A DNA stretch of 64,000 nucleotides from Candidatus Moraniibacteriota bacterium (lineage in GTDB: Bacteria > Patescibacteriota > Minisyncoccia > Moranbacterales > GCA-2747515). Below, in pieces: positions 1-9,895 of the stretch (the stretch's first letter is position 1; each line of letters starts with the position of its first letter). The DNA lies in NCBI GenBank assembly GCA_046116545.1, contig CP175956.1, positions 769,734 through 833,733 on the forward strand. The letters are read 5' to 3'. The notes under the pieces were generated by a model that had not been told where the DNA came from, made no database searches, and saw only the letters and a list, made by a program, of their open reading frames with translations. The translations under genes and the position numbers were made by a program.

Positions 1-1186
1 TATTTTTCTTTACTTTACGTAAAAACTTAATACTTTTTTCATTTGATAACTGAGCCTTTTCAACATTCTGCTCTATTGCCTTAATTAATTCTACAAAAAA
101 ATCATCCATGACACTTTCATCTTCAGTGTAGCTCGCATCATAAATTGTACTAATATTTTTCAAAACACCACTATATATTTTTTGAGTGATTGTGTCATCA
201 CATAATTTTGGACTTAAAAGATAGTCCTCCAAATTATATTCACCTATAAATTCAAGTTTATATAACAATATATCCTCATTAAATTTAACTGTTTCAAAGT
301 ACGGAAACACTGATTCATAATCAGGACCTAATTTATTTTTAAAATTATTATAAATAGCTAACTCCTCCTCAGCCTCTTTTATCGAACCAGACTTATATAT
401 CCAATTACCATATTTAAACACAATAGCCTCAGATGAACCACTTAAAACAGTTGCCTTATACGGCTCTTTAATGTTCAATGTTTCAATTGCATAATTATAA
501 TATCTGTTTTTCATAATATCACTAAATAAAAATGAAAATGCTGCTTCTAAATACTTTGTATCTTTTATACTAATATCAGCAACATCTGACTTATTTTCTT
601 TATTTATGTATATAGTTTTAAATCCTAATTGTTTGGCTGGAATGATATCTGACTCTTCTTGATCTCCCATTGCAACTATTTGCTCTGGTTTTATATTATA
701 TTCATTTGCAATATATGTAAAACGATTTCCAAAAACTTTTCTTTTATCACCCTCTCCTGACAATATTTTTCCCTCAAAAAATGAATCGATGTTCAACTCC
801 TTCAATACATTCTCAATCCATTTTCTTGGTGCATCTGACGTTAATAAAAATTGATATTCCTTACTCATTCTCATTAATATGTTTTCTAAATTATCATATT
901 TTATTATTAAATTTTTTGGATCTATATCCCACACATAATCAAAATATTCATATCTATCCAAATTATATTTTTCTTCTAATGCTATACTAATATTTTCACC
1001 GTATTCTATTTTAATATTTTTTAAAATTTCAGATGCTTCTTCCTTACTTTTATTTAATTTAATTTGAATATATTTAGCAGCATTTTTTAACATTTCTTTG
1101 TTCAATTCAGAATTCGAAAAAGAACCTCCTTTAAGTTTATACAGAGTACCATCTAGATCAAAAATTATTAATTTGTTTGGATTCAT
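1..1186 (-). CDS. HAD-superfamily phosphatase fused to an APH/choline-kinase-like domain (partial, runs off left edge; not in ORF track)
   Basis: Manual translation from ATG at 1186: MNPNKLIIFDLDGTLY (HAD motif I), TSDAP (II), MGDQEESDI (IV). The frame stays open to base 2, with kinase N-lobe-like LSGSSEAIVFK...IYK...EEELAIY...KLEFIGEYNL. Confidence 0.8.
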   Translation of the reverse strand, partial: MNPNKLIIFDLDGTLYKLKGGSFSNSELNKEMLKNAAKYIQIKLNKSKEEASEILKNIKIEYGENISIALEEKYNLDRYEYFDYVWDIDPKNLIIKYDNLENILMRMSKEYQFLLTSDAPRKWIENVLKELNIDSFFEGKILSGEGDKRKVFGNRFTYIANEYNIKPEQIVAMGDQEESDIIPAKQLGFKTIYINKENKSDVADISIKDTKYLEAAFSFLFSDIMKNRYYNYAIETLNIKEPYKATVLSGSSEAIVFKYGNWIYKSGSIKEAEEELAIYNNFKNKLGPDYESVFPYFETVKFNEDILLYKLEFIGEYNLEDYLLSPKLCDDTITQKIYSGVLKNISTIYDASYTEDESVMDDFFVELIKAIEQNVEKAQLSNEKSIKFLRKVKKN

Positions 1187-1208
1187 ACTTTAAAAATATA
1201 TTTACATT

Positions 1209-1250
1209 AAAAAAATTAAACAAGTTTCTTACGAGAAGCTTGTTTAATTT
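1209..1250 (-). terminator. Intrinsic terminator/attenuator hairpin in the leader of the HAD-kinase gene
   Basis: 17-bp inverted repeat aaattaaacaagtttct/agaagcttgtttaattt with one mismatch and a U-tract on the minus strand, about 25 nt upstream of the ATG. Confidence 0.65.
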
Positions 1251-1262
1251 AATTCTTTCAAC

Positions 1263-1322
1263 TTATACAACATTAAACAAAAACCTCTCAAAAGAAACTA
1301 CTTTTGTGATGATGTTCTGCAT
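1263..1322 (-). CDS. Putative 19-aa attenuator leader peptide MQNIITKVVSFERFLFNVV
   Basis: ATG...TAA ORF overlapping a sequence complementary to the 5' arm of the downstream terminator. Confidence 0.5.
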   Translation of the reverse strand: MQNIITKVVSFERFLFNVV

Positions 1323-1371
1323 AATTATATTCCATATTTAGAAATTGTTGCATAATTTTATACATCGTTAA

Positions 1372-1914
1372 TTACTTTTCACTTTCAATTAATTCGATTA
1401 TTTTAGAAACAGCCTCTTCTGCTGTATCTACTCCAATCGCTTTCATTCGCTTTCTGCTATCAAAATATTGATCAGCCATCTTATCAGCCCAGCCACCCGT
1501 ACCTCTCACTACAACTACTGGTATATTCAATTGATATGCAACAAGCATTTCATTCATTGTTCCAGACCCTCCAGAAACTGCAATAAGTCCATCACAACTG
1601 TTAACTAAGACAAATTCTCTTCCTCCACCACGTTCCAAGCCAGAACATATAATAACATCTGTATTACCTTCTTTATCCCATACATCCTTACCCTTACCAT
1701 AAGTAATACCCACTGTTAGACCATTCTCTTTCTTTGCCCCTCTTGCTGCTGCAGTAGATAATGAATCATAATCTTTTTCTGCACCATAAACTGTTGTATT
1801 TCCAGTTTTTGCAATTCCACCACCAATCTTTTCAGCAATTGACTCAACTTCTGCAGAATATTCTGTGTCTGCAGCAGAACCCATTACCCCAATCTGTAAT
1901 TTTCGTTTATTCAT
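1372..1914 (-). CDS. LOG/SLOG family protein (TIGR00725-like)
   Basis: IGVMGS, AAARGAK..GLTVGI, R...LV...D.LIAVSGGSGTMNE...AYQLNIPVV motifs. Confidence 0.85.
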   Translation of the reverse strand: MNKRKLQIGVMGSAADTEYSAEVESIAEKIGGGIAKTGNTTVYGAEKDYDSLSTAAARGAKKENGLTVGITYGKGKDVWDKEGNTDVIICSGLERGGGREFVLVNSCDGLIAVSGGSGTMNEMLVAYQLNIPVVVVRGTGGWADKMADQYFDSRKRMKAIGVDTAEEAVSKIIELIESEK

Positions 1915-2103
1915 AAATATTCATAATAAAAATAATCTTAATGATAAGTGTACTACTTATTATTGAAAAAATCAATGCTTCACATCAACTCATCTAAAAT
2001 GACACCAGAAACACTCCTCCAACAACTCATTAAAGTTGCTAATAAAAAAATCCAGATAATGTATAAAACATTATCTGGATTGAATAAACTATCAACAGTA
2101 ATT

Positions 2104-3096
2104 TTAATTTATAAAATCTTTAATCGTCAATATATTCCCTGAATCCGTTGAAATAGTAGCTTTACCTCCTATCGGATAAATAAACATTGGACGAGTATGT
2201 CCAAAATCCATATTTGCTACAATCGGAATATTTCGAATCTGCTCACGTTCATTCACTATCTGCTGTATCACTCCTTTTGTGATATTTGTACTTGATTCAA
2301 AACGGCCAAACATGATTCCTTTAATAGTTGCATTTTTTTGTTGCAATAAGGAATCAAGGTTTCTGATAAATTCTCCTGAAAATTCACATGTGAAAATATC
2401 ATCATCCTCTATAAAAAGAATTACATCTTTTAACTTTGGCATAAACTCTGTACCTTGTAATAATCCGATTGTACATAGATTTCCTCCGAGTGCACTACCA
2501 GTTACTTTACCTGATTGTATGATGTATGGACCATCATTTTTCTTAGCCTTTGTTTTTAAGGCTTTTTCGCTTGCTCCATCAGTCCATCTTTTTGATGACT
2601 TTGGCGTAATTACCTGTCCACTCATAAACACATCTTGAAAACATTTTAATATATATTTTCGATGACGTTGTGCAATAAATGTTGAAAAGTTAGGCCCACA
2701 AAATGTGACAAGACCTGTCTTGGCATAAATAGCATGTGTCAAGGCAGTTACATCTGAATAGCCACATACAATCTTAGGATTTTTTTTAATAATACTAAAA
2801 TCTATAAGTGGTAAAATCTGATTCAAGTGATATCCCCCAGATACTGACCAAACCATCTGCACATCTGGATCTTCAAAAGCTTCGACTAAATCATCCACTC
2901 GTTCTTGTACACTTGCAACTTCAAAGAGACTTTCTTTTCTAAAGTTTTTTGAAAAAGTAATATTCAAACCCATCCGCTCAAAAACTTTAGAAACCTGCAG
3001 TAAATCATTCTTTTTAAACTGTGCTCCTGTTGTTGATGGTGCAATTACTCGTATAGTATCTCCCTTCTTCAGCTTAGTTGGTAATATTTTTTTCAT
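2104..3096 (-). CDS. S66 LD-carboxypeptidase / MccF-like peptidase
   Basis: LKKGDTIRVIAPS, GYSDVT (catalytic Ser), GGNL, LFIED (Glu), DFGHT (His). Confidence 0.9.
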   Translation of the reverse strand: MKKILPTKLKKGDTIRVIAPSTTGAQFKKNDLLQVSKVFERMGLNITFSKNFRKESLFEVASVQERVDDLVEAFEDPDVQMVWSVSGGYHLNQILPLIDFSIIKKNPKIVCGYSDVTALTHAIYAKTGLVTFCGPNFSTFIAQRHRKYILKCFQDVFMSGQVITPKSSKRWTDGASEKALKTKAKKNDGPYIIQSGKVTGSALGGNLCTIGLLQGTEFMPKLKDVILFIEDDDIFTCEFSGEFIRNLDSLLQQKNATIKGIMFGRFESSTNITKGVIQQIVNEREQIRNIPIVANMDFGHTRPMFIYPIGGKATISTDSGNILTIKDFIN

Positions 3097-3105
3097 ATCC
3101 GTTCC

Positions 3106-4209
3106 TTATTCTCCAGCCATCCGCTCTTTAATCTTTGTAATGCAAATATCCATCCCTGCAAACAGAGGGTCTACTATACCCGTATTTTTAGCAAAAATAT
3201 AAGCAGTACTTCGACACCCACCCAAACAAATTGAATGGTACTTACAATTATCTACATGACAATCATCACGCAACTTCTTTGATAGTTCTTCTGAATCTAA
3301 AACACTATTCAAATTTGAAATTGTTTTATCTTCAAAATTAACAGTTCCCAATCGAAAAATCTCTTCATCCATGGCAAAAAAACAACCATAAACATTTCCA
3401 CTTCTCAATGAAACACCCGCATATTGTCCATCTATAGCTGGACATAAATACTTTGGATTATTCCACTTTTCTGCTCGTCTTTGCATCTTTTCCTTTGCCT
3501 CAGCAATGGTTTTGCCATAAAAATCTGGACCAAAACTTAAATTATAGCTGAAATACAGATTTGGATACATCAATTTACACCGCTCAACTGTTTTAACAAT
3601 TTCTTTTGCATCATACAAATCAAGCCAAATATCTTTCATTGACCTAGCATTACCAACAGGCTTTAATCGAATCAGCACTAACCTATCAACTCCAAGCAAA
3701 GAACATTTTTTTGCCAAAGCATCAATAGAATTTTTTGTAACTTTTGATAAAATAGTATTAACAATAACAGTAAGTCCAGCACGCTTACACAGTTTTATAT
3801 TGTGCATAATCATATTGTACTGCTCTCGTGTAATACGATTAAAAAAATTATGCTCTTCATAATTAGCGAAAAGAGTTATTTTGATTCTTTCAACGCCTCC
3901 ATCAAGCAAAGTTTGAATATATTGTTCATTTAACAAAATACCATTTGACAATACAACTTTTTGACGTGCCACTTCAGACATAATCGGAACAGTATTCATA
4001 GAAGTAGTAATTTCCATCGGATACATGAAATATCCAGCATTCTCAAATTCTCGCGATAACCATTGAACATTTTCCTCATCACTCTGCAATGTTCTTTTTG
4101 AAAGTTTACCTTCTTCTTGAAAAAAACATTGACGACAATTTAAATTACAGGAACTTCCAATATTCAAAAAATCCAAGTGAATAACATCTTCTTTTTGAAT
4201 AGCTTTCAT
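3106..4209 (-). CDS. Radical SAM protein with SPASM domain
   Basis: CNLNCRQC (CxxxCxxC); C-terminal CPA...GNVYGC...CHVDNCKYHSICLGGCR. Confidence 0.88.
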   Translation of the reverse strand: MKAIQKEDVIHLDFLNIGSSCNLNCRQCFFQEEGKLSKRTLQSDEENVQWLSREFENAGYFMYPMEITTSMNTVPIMSEVARQKVVLSNGILLNEQYIQTLLDGGVERIKITLFANYEEHNFFNRITREQYNMIMHNIKLCKRAGLTVIVNTILSKVTKNSIDALAKKCSLLGVDRLVLIRLKPVGNARSMKDIWLDLYDAKEIVKTVERCKLMYPNLYFSYNLSFGPDFYGKTIAEAKEKMQRRAEKWNNPKYLCPAIDGQYAGVSLRSGNVYGCFFAMDEEIFRLGTVNFEDKTISNLNSVLDSEELSKKLRDDCHVDNCKYHSICLGGCRSTAYIFAKNTGIVDPLFAGMDICITKIKERMAGE

Positions 4210-4400
4210 CTGACATCCTCCTTTTTTTGGTTATTGTTAAAAAACTATAGTTTTTTACTCTACCATGTAATTTATTTTATGTAAATTATATATGCACATT
4301 GCTTTACATTTATTTATACTGTCAACTAATAAAAAATTAAAAACACATACCATTTATAATGATATGTGTTTTGCTTACGCTCCCTCCGACAACGGATAGA

Positions 4401-5390
4401 TCAGTAAGATTCAACAAGTATTCTGTTGAGGTAATTAGATATCTCAGTATCTCTACTTGGGAATACAGTTGAATCAACCGCAACCGGGACTGAAACTCGT
4501 GGATTAATTCCCTGTAAATCACCAAATGTTATGCGCCTGCCTTTATTTGCTACATCAAGCTTTTCAAAAAACTCAATAGAACTTCTTAAACAAAATGAGG
4601 CAAGGTTGTATGAAACGGCATTTGAAATCGATGCCCAATCATTCATAGGTGCAAATGGTGTTATATATGGAACCGAGAATGAAGTGCCATTTTTATCATA
4701 AAATGGCATAAACGAATCCAATAATTGAACACCAACAACGCGACCACAATTAGGTGCTCCAGGGAAAAAGTCATGATCAGGAACCCAATCAATCAAGTGC
4801 TCTATATCATGAACATAATCCACATCAACATCATCCAAAACTGCATTCAGTCTATCAATGCCCTTTGGAAATGCAAAACATGCTACAACATCCGTAACTT
4901 TCACCCGATGTTTTTTGAGATGTTTAATGATGCACTCAATAGTCTCACCTGAGAAAATACCATCTTCTGCAAGAATAACTGGCTTACCATTCGCTAAGCT
5001 TGCTATACTCGCACATTGAGTGTCCAGAGAATCATGACCTGGTCGTGTACCAATGCCAATGATGTTTCCACCTCCATCAACCAGCCTGTTCACCTCCAAA
5101 GTTCGTCCTCTGTTTGGAACAGCAAAGTCAACACATGTGCTAACAACAAATACATCTCGTCCATTTTGCTTATTACCAACCAGACTCAAAACATCTTTAG
5201 ACATCGACTCTATTGTTACAAGCTTTACATCCGCAGTTGGATAAACATCCTTTTTAATGATCTGCTGCACTGACTTTTGAAAATTATGAAAAAAATCTTC
5301 AGAATCCTCAGGCAATTCCAGGTTATTACAATGTCGAACCTGCGTGAATTGCCTATGCAAATCACAACTAATCAAGTATGTCTTTTTCAT
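4401..5390 (-). CDS. Type I phosphoribosyltransferase-fold protein
   Basis: PRPP-binding-like loop VILAEDGIFSGETI; SD-like GGAGG upstream; directly follows hisS. Confidence 0.65.
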   Translation of the reverse strand: MKKTYLISCDLHRQFTQVRHCNNLELPEDSEDFFHNFQKSVQQIIKKDVYPTADVKLVTIESMSKDVLSLVGNKQNGRDVFVVSTCVDFAVPNRGRTLEVNRLVDGGGNIIGIGTRPGHDSLDTQCASIASLANGKPVILAEDGIFSGETIECIIKHLKKHRVKVTDVVACFAFPKGIDRLNAVLDDVDVDYVHDIEHLIDWVPDHDFFPGAPNCGRVVGVQLLDSFMPFYDKNGTSFSVPYITPFAPMNDWASISNAVSYNLASFCLRSSIEFFEKLDVANKGRRITFGDLQGINPRVSVPVAVDSTVFPSRDTEISNYLNRILVESY

Positions 5391-5408
5391 TGTACAGCCC
5401 TCCTATAA

Positions 5409-6731
5409 TTAAGGATTTTTAAGTTTTTGTAATAATTCAGATTCAACAAGACTTTCTTGCGTTCCATTTACAAAATCTTTTAACGTATAAACACCTTTTT
5501 CAATCTCATCTTCACCAATGAAAATCACAAATGGTATACCTTTCCTATTAGCATACTTCAACTTCTGTTTCAATTTCCCATTACTAAATGAAATTTCTGT
5601 AGCAATGTTATCATTCCTCAAAGCTGTTGCTATTGCAATACTGCTATCAATATCATCTGTCATCGGAATAATCAACACTCTTGTCTTTGTTGAAGATTTT
5701 ATCTCCAACAAACCCTTCTTGCGAAGTTGGTCAAAGAGTCGCGTCAATCCGATAGAAATACCAACACCTGGTAATTTGCGATCAGTATACGCACTTGCGA
5801 GATCATCATATCGTCCACCAGAACATACAGACCCAAACTCTGGATACTCATCCAGTTGTGTCTCATAGACTGTTCCTGTGTAATAATCCAAACCACGTGC
5901 TATCGTAAGATCAATTACAAAATTTGACTCCGGCACACCAAACTGCTTCATCATCTCTGTAACTTTCTGCAATTCTTCTACACCTTCATCAAACTGAGCA
6001 CTCTCAATATTCAAGTTGCTCAAGCCTTCTAAGACACAAGCTGCATCACCCTTCAAGGAAAGAAATTCAAAAATACGATCAACTGTTGCTTTAGTAACTC
6101 CCAACTCAATCAGCTCATCTACAACAGCATCACGTCCTATTTTCTCCAACTTATCGATAGAACGCATAATATCAGCTGAAAGATTCGTAATTTCCAATCC
6201 TTCAAATAGTCCATTGAAAACCTTACGATTATTCACACGAATTGTGAATGCGTCAAAGCCAAGTTTTTTGAAAATCATATAGATTACACTTGGAATTTCA
6301 GCATCAAACCGCAAATCCAACACTTCATCACCTATGACATCAATATCACACTGGTAGAACTCACGAAAGCGTCCTGCTTGAGATCGTTCACCTCTAAAAA
6401 CTTTTCCTATAGCATATCTTCGAAATGGAAAAGCAATTTCACCATAGTGTTCAACTACATAACGAGAAAGTGGTACTGTAAGATCAAACCGCATCGCAAG
6501 CTCAGAACTGCCCTTAGTAAATCTGTAGATTTGTTTTTCAGTCTCTCCCCCAGCTTTAGCAAGTAATGCCTCTGCACGCTCCAGAATCGGCGTATTAATC
6601 GGCGAAAAACCAAATGTTTCATATGACTGCCGAATCACGTCAAGCATATCATTAAATACAATTTGTTCTTCTGGTAATAATTCCATGAAACCTGAAAGTG
6701 CTCTTGTTGTAACTCCATTTTTTTTACTCAT
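5409..6731 (-). CDS. hisS: Histidine--tRNA ligase
   Basis: MRFDLTVP, FRGERSQAGRFREFYQCD, RGLDYYTG, GGRYD, anticodon-binding C-terminus. Confidence 0.97.
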   Translation of the reverse strand: MSKKNGVTTRALSGFMELLPEEQIVFNDMLDVIRQSYETFGFSPINTPILERAEALLAKAGGETEKQIYRFTKGSSELAMRFDLTVPLSRYVVEHYGEIAFPFRRYAIGKVFRGERSQAGRFREFYQCDIDVIGDEVLDLRFDAEIPSVIYMIFKKLGFDAFTIRVNNRKVFNGLFEGLEITNLSADIMRSIDKLEKIGRDAVVDELIELGVTKATVDRIFEFLSLKGDAACVLEGLSNLNIESAQFDEGVEELQKVTEMMKQFGVPESNFVIDLTIARGLDYYTGTVYETQLDEYPEFGSVCSGGRYDDLASAYTDRKLPGVGISIGLTRLFDQLRKKGLLEIKSSTKTRVLIIPMTDDIDSSIAIATALRNDNIATEISFSNGKLKQKLKYANRKGIPFVIFIGEDEIEKGVYTLKDFVNGTQESLVESELLQKLKNP

Positions 6732-6803
6732 ATTAATCTCCTCCTAATTACAATTTATGTTAATGTACTTTAATAATAACTAACACCCTTATTAGTTTGT
6801 CTC

Positions 6804-6832
6804 AAAGTAGCATTTGAAACCTGTTTTGTCAA
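6804..6832 (-). promoter_or_regulatory. Sigma70-type promoter for hisS
   Basis: Minus strand TTGACA-17 nt-TACTTT with TGn extension. Confidence 0.55.
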
Positions 6833-7064
6833 TAAATAACTCAATATAATTTAATTTTAATTATAAGTATTTATATAAAACTAGTTTCATTAAAAAAATA
6901 TTTTCTTAATATATTTTCATTATACATCAAATAAAAGAACTGCCCAATTTTTGTACAACAAAAAATTACTTCAACATTTCAATATATTAATAATTATAAT
7001 AAATACACAAAATATATCATTGCAAAAAATTTATTTTGTTGATAAGTTACGAAATAGTAAAAAA

Positions 7065-8735
7065 TCACCTTCGTTTGAACATTTTTTCTAGTTCTTCTTT
7101 TGATATTTCAACTTGACTAGGACGACCATGCGGACATGTATACCCCGTATTTGTTTCTTGTAATTTTTCTAATAGACGACGGCGTTCTTCCACTGTTAAA
7201 TAATCTCCTGCTTTTATAGCACTACGACACGCCAAATAATCCAAAGTTCTCTCAGTACGATAATCTAACTCTAGCGGTTCTTTTTCAGTTGCCATGTCAT
7301 CCAACATTTCTTTGATCAAAGCTGCCAAATCTCTGTCTTTGAAAAACTCCGGCACAGAAGTTAGTTTAAACGTATTTTCTCCAAAATCTTCAATGATAAA
7401 ACCTATGCTTTGAATTTCCTCTTGCTTCTCTATCAAAAAATCTGCTTCTTTCTTTGGCAATTCAATAATCACTGGGTCTTTCAATTCAACAATTTGCTTA
7501 TCTAAATTTTGATAAGCATCTTTTAATTCTTCAAACAAAATTCTCTCATGAGCAGCATGTTGATCGGTTATCATTAAACCTTTTCCTGTTTCATTGATCA
7601 AATACGTATTGTGAAGCTGAGCCACTTCGACCTTAGAATAATCCTTTTCTTTTACTGTCCATAAGTCAGTTGTCTTTTTCACAATATCTGCACTATTTCC
7701 ATCAAAGTCTGTTTCCTCTTGATCCGAGTTAAGCTGATAAGTTAGATCATTTTTAGTCAAAGTATCTTGAATCGCACTAGTTAAAGCATCCAACATTTCT
7801 TTTTGATTCAATATTTTCACTTCTTCCTTTCGTGGATGAACATTAACATCTATACTTTGTGCAGGCATTGTCACAAACAACATGAAAACTGGATAATCTC
7901 TAGGAGACAACAATGACTGATATGTTTCTCTAACACGCAGTGCAATTGCAGGATTTTTAATTGCACGATTATTTATAAAAAGAAATTGTCTTGACCTCGT
8001 TTTTGTAGATATTTGTGGCCTACCTATAAAACCACTTATTTGCGAATAAGCCGAACTAGCCTCAATTGGTAAAAGGTGCGAGAAAATCTCCAAACCCAAA
8101 ACTTTCTGAACCCGAGCCTCCAAAGTATCTCCAGACAAAAAACGAAAAACTTCCTTATCATTATGAGTCAAACTAAAACTAATTTCTGGAAAAGTTAATG
8201 CTACATTACTTACCACTTGAAAAATCTTGCGAGTAACATTGCTTTTTGATTTCACAAAACGCAGACGTGCTGGAGTATTTACAAACAAATCCGAAACTGT
8301 AACAACCGTTCCTCTGTTCATAGCAATTTCTTTTATTTCTATCTCACCCGTAGCTAATGAAGTCAATTGATACGCAATATCCGCCTCACTAGTTTTACTC
8401 TTAATAACAAAATTACTCACAGCACTGATACTAGCAAGTGCTTCACCCCTAAATCCCAGTGAATCAATATTCCAAAGATCATCAATATCCGATATTTTAC
8501 TCGTAGTATGTAAATTTATAGAATTCTCCAAATCTTCTCTACCCATCCCCACTCCATCATCCACAATACTTATCTTTTTGAAACCAGCACCTTCAATATC
8601 AACCTTAATATTTTTTGCTCCCGCATCAATAGCATTCTCAAGCAATTCCTTAACAACCGAAGCAGGACTTTCCACCACTTCTCCAGCCGCAATTTTACTC
8701 ACTAATTCTTTTGATAATTGTTTTATTTTACTCAT
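7065..8735 (-). CDS. mutL: DNA mismatch repair protein MutL
   Basis: IAAGEVV, KELLENAIDAG, GFRGEAL, DVNVHP, DQHAAHERILFE endonuclease motif, CPHGRP. Confidence 0.97.
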   Translation of the reverse strand: MSKIKQLSKELVSKIAAGEVVESPASVVKELLENAIDAGAKNIKVDIEGAGFKKISIVDDGVGMGREDLENSINLHTTSKISDIDDLWNIDSLGFRGEALASISAVSNFVIKSKTSEADIAYQLTSLATGEIEIKEIAMNRGTVVTVSDLFVNTPARLRFVKSKSNVTRKIFQVVSNVALTFPEISFSLTHNDKEVFRFLSGDTLEARVQKVLGLEIFSHLLPIEASSAYSQISGFIGRPQISTKTRSRQFLFINNRAIKNPAIALRVRETYQSLLSPRDYPVFMLFVTMPAQSIDVNVHPRKEEVKILNQKEMLDALTSAIQDTLTKNDLTYQLNSDQEETDFDGNSADIVKKTTDLWTVKEKDYSKVEVAQLHNTYLINETGKGLMITDQHAAHERILFEELKDAYQNLDKQIVELKDPVIIELPKKEADFLIEKQEEIQSIGFIIEDFGENTFKLTSVPEFFKDRDLAALIKEMLDDMATEKEPLELDYRTERTLDYLACRSAIKAGDYLTVEERRRLLEKLQETNTGYTCPHGRPSQVEISKEELEKMFKRR

Positions 8736-8746
8736 ACAACTAATAT

Positions 8747-9016
8747 CCCCCTCTCCCTCTGGGAGAGGGTTGGGGTGAGGGTCTTAATATACTTCAATTA
8801 TACAACTATACCACAAATACAAATCTAGATTCTATCACGTCATAAAAAATCACAAATCACATGTCATTCCAGAAATGTTTATTTTTTGTAGGGACAGTGC
8901 CTTGTGCCTGTCCGTTCAATACTGATTAGTAAAAAATATCATTGTCCGGAATCTATACTAACAAATTTAAAGAAAGTCTTTGTTACAATAATATTCCTGC
9001 CTTCGCAGGAATGACA
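8747..9016. repeat. Cluster of REP-like palindromes of several families
   Basis: ccctctccctctgggagaggg...gtgaggg (8747-8781); gtagggacagtgccttgtgcctgtcc (about 8888-8913) nested within tgtcattcc...ggaatct; attcctgccttcgcaggaatgaca (8993-9016). Confidence 0.7.
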
Positions 9017-9117
9017 CGGATAGTTACATTTTTTCATTTGTACAAGGACATTTTTCATGATAATATTTACAAATAAAACACTAAATATTCACATTTTATG
9101 AAATAAAAAATAACTTT

Positions 9118-9402
9118 ATGAATTTTGAAAAACCACAATTTAACAAAACTGAGATTGAAGGAACGTTCTTTAGCTTTGATGAAAATGGCTTTGTAAGATT
9201 TGGTGATGTTGCCAGATCTTTGCTTCAACAACAAGCTCAATATGCAAGCCGTTATACAGATGGAACGTTAGAAGATTATCCAAATCTCGGAAAGGAACTA
9301 AAATTTGAAGGTAATTCAAGTGATTATCACAGTTTAAAAATCCACAAAGACGACATCCAAGAGTTTATTAACAGAGTGAGGAAACATCGCGAACAGTTAT
9401 AA
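9118..9402 (+). CDS. Hypothetical protein (MNFE- N-terminus)
   Basis: Clean 94-aa ORF, first of four co-oriented genes. Confidence 0.7.
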   Translation: MNFEKPQFNKTEIEGTFFSFDENGFVRFGDVARSLLQQQAQYASRYTDGTLEDYPNLGKELKFEGNSSDYHSLKIHKDDIQEFINRVRKHREQL

Positions 9403-9424
9403 ATATTTAATTATTTTTTCAAAT

Positions 9425-9808
9425 ATGAAGGAAAATAAAATTACAGTTATTATTGACAAACCCCTTGCGGAGGTATTTGAGTTTACTACAAATCCCAAAA
9501 ATACTCATTTATGGATTCCTTCCATTTCAGAAGAAATTGCTGACGAATATCCTCCAAAAATAAATACAAAATATAGAAATCGTGGAAATACTGATGATTG
9601 GAATGAATACAAAGTTATGGATTTTCAAAAAAATAAAGTATTTATTTTATTTAATGTGAAAGATGCTTATTTTGTGAAATATACTTATCACCAGTTAGAT
9701 AATAATAAAACTGAACTAGAATACTTTGAATGGATGACTACCGGAGAATTAACTAATCCTTTTACAGAAGATATTTTGGAGAATTTGAAAAAAGTAATGG
9801 AAGGATAA
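9425..9808 (+). CDS. SRPBCC/START-fold protein
   Basis: ITVIIDKPLAEVFEFTTNPKNTHLW N-terminal pattern; size and C-terminal helix typical. Confidence 0.75.
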   Translation: MKENKITVIIDKPLAEVFEFTTNPKNTHLWIPSISEEIADEYPPKINTKYRNRGNTDDWNEYKVMDFQKNKVFILFNVKDAYFVKYTYHQLDNNKTELEYFEWMTTGELTNPFTEDILENLKKVMEG

Positions 9809-9895
9809 TTTTATTGGCTTTATTACGACCCTCTTACAGATTTTTCTACCCAAATACGAAAAGTGTATATTGTATAAATTAGTATATTTTATATT

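Noticed and set aside
781-990. 69-aa plus-strand ORF and similar short antisense ORFs throughout the track
   Set aside because: They overlap well-supported opposite-strand genes and show no motifs.
4210-4400. Search for an rSAM/SPASM precursor peptide
   Set aside because: No convincing small ORF with an SD; the 62-aa ORF at 4337-4525 overlaps the PRTase end.
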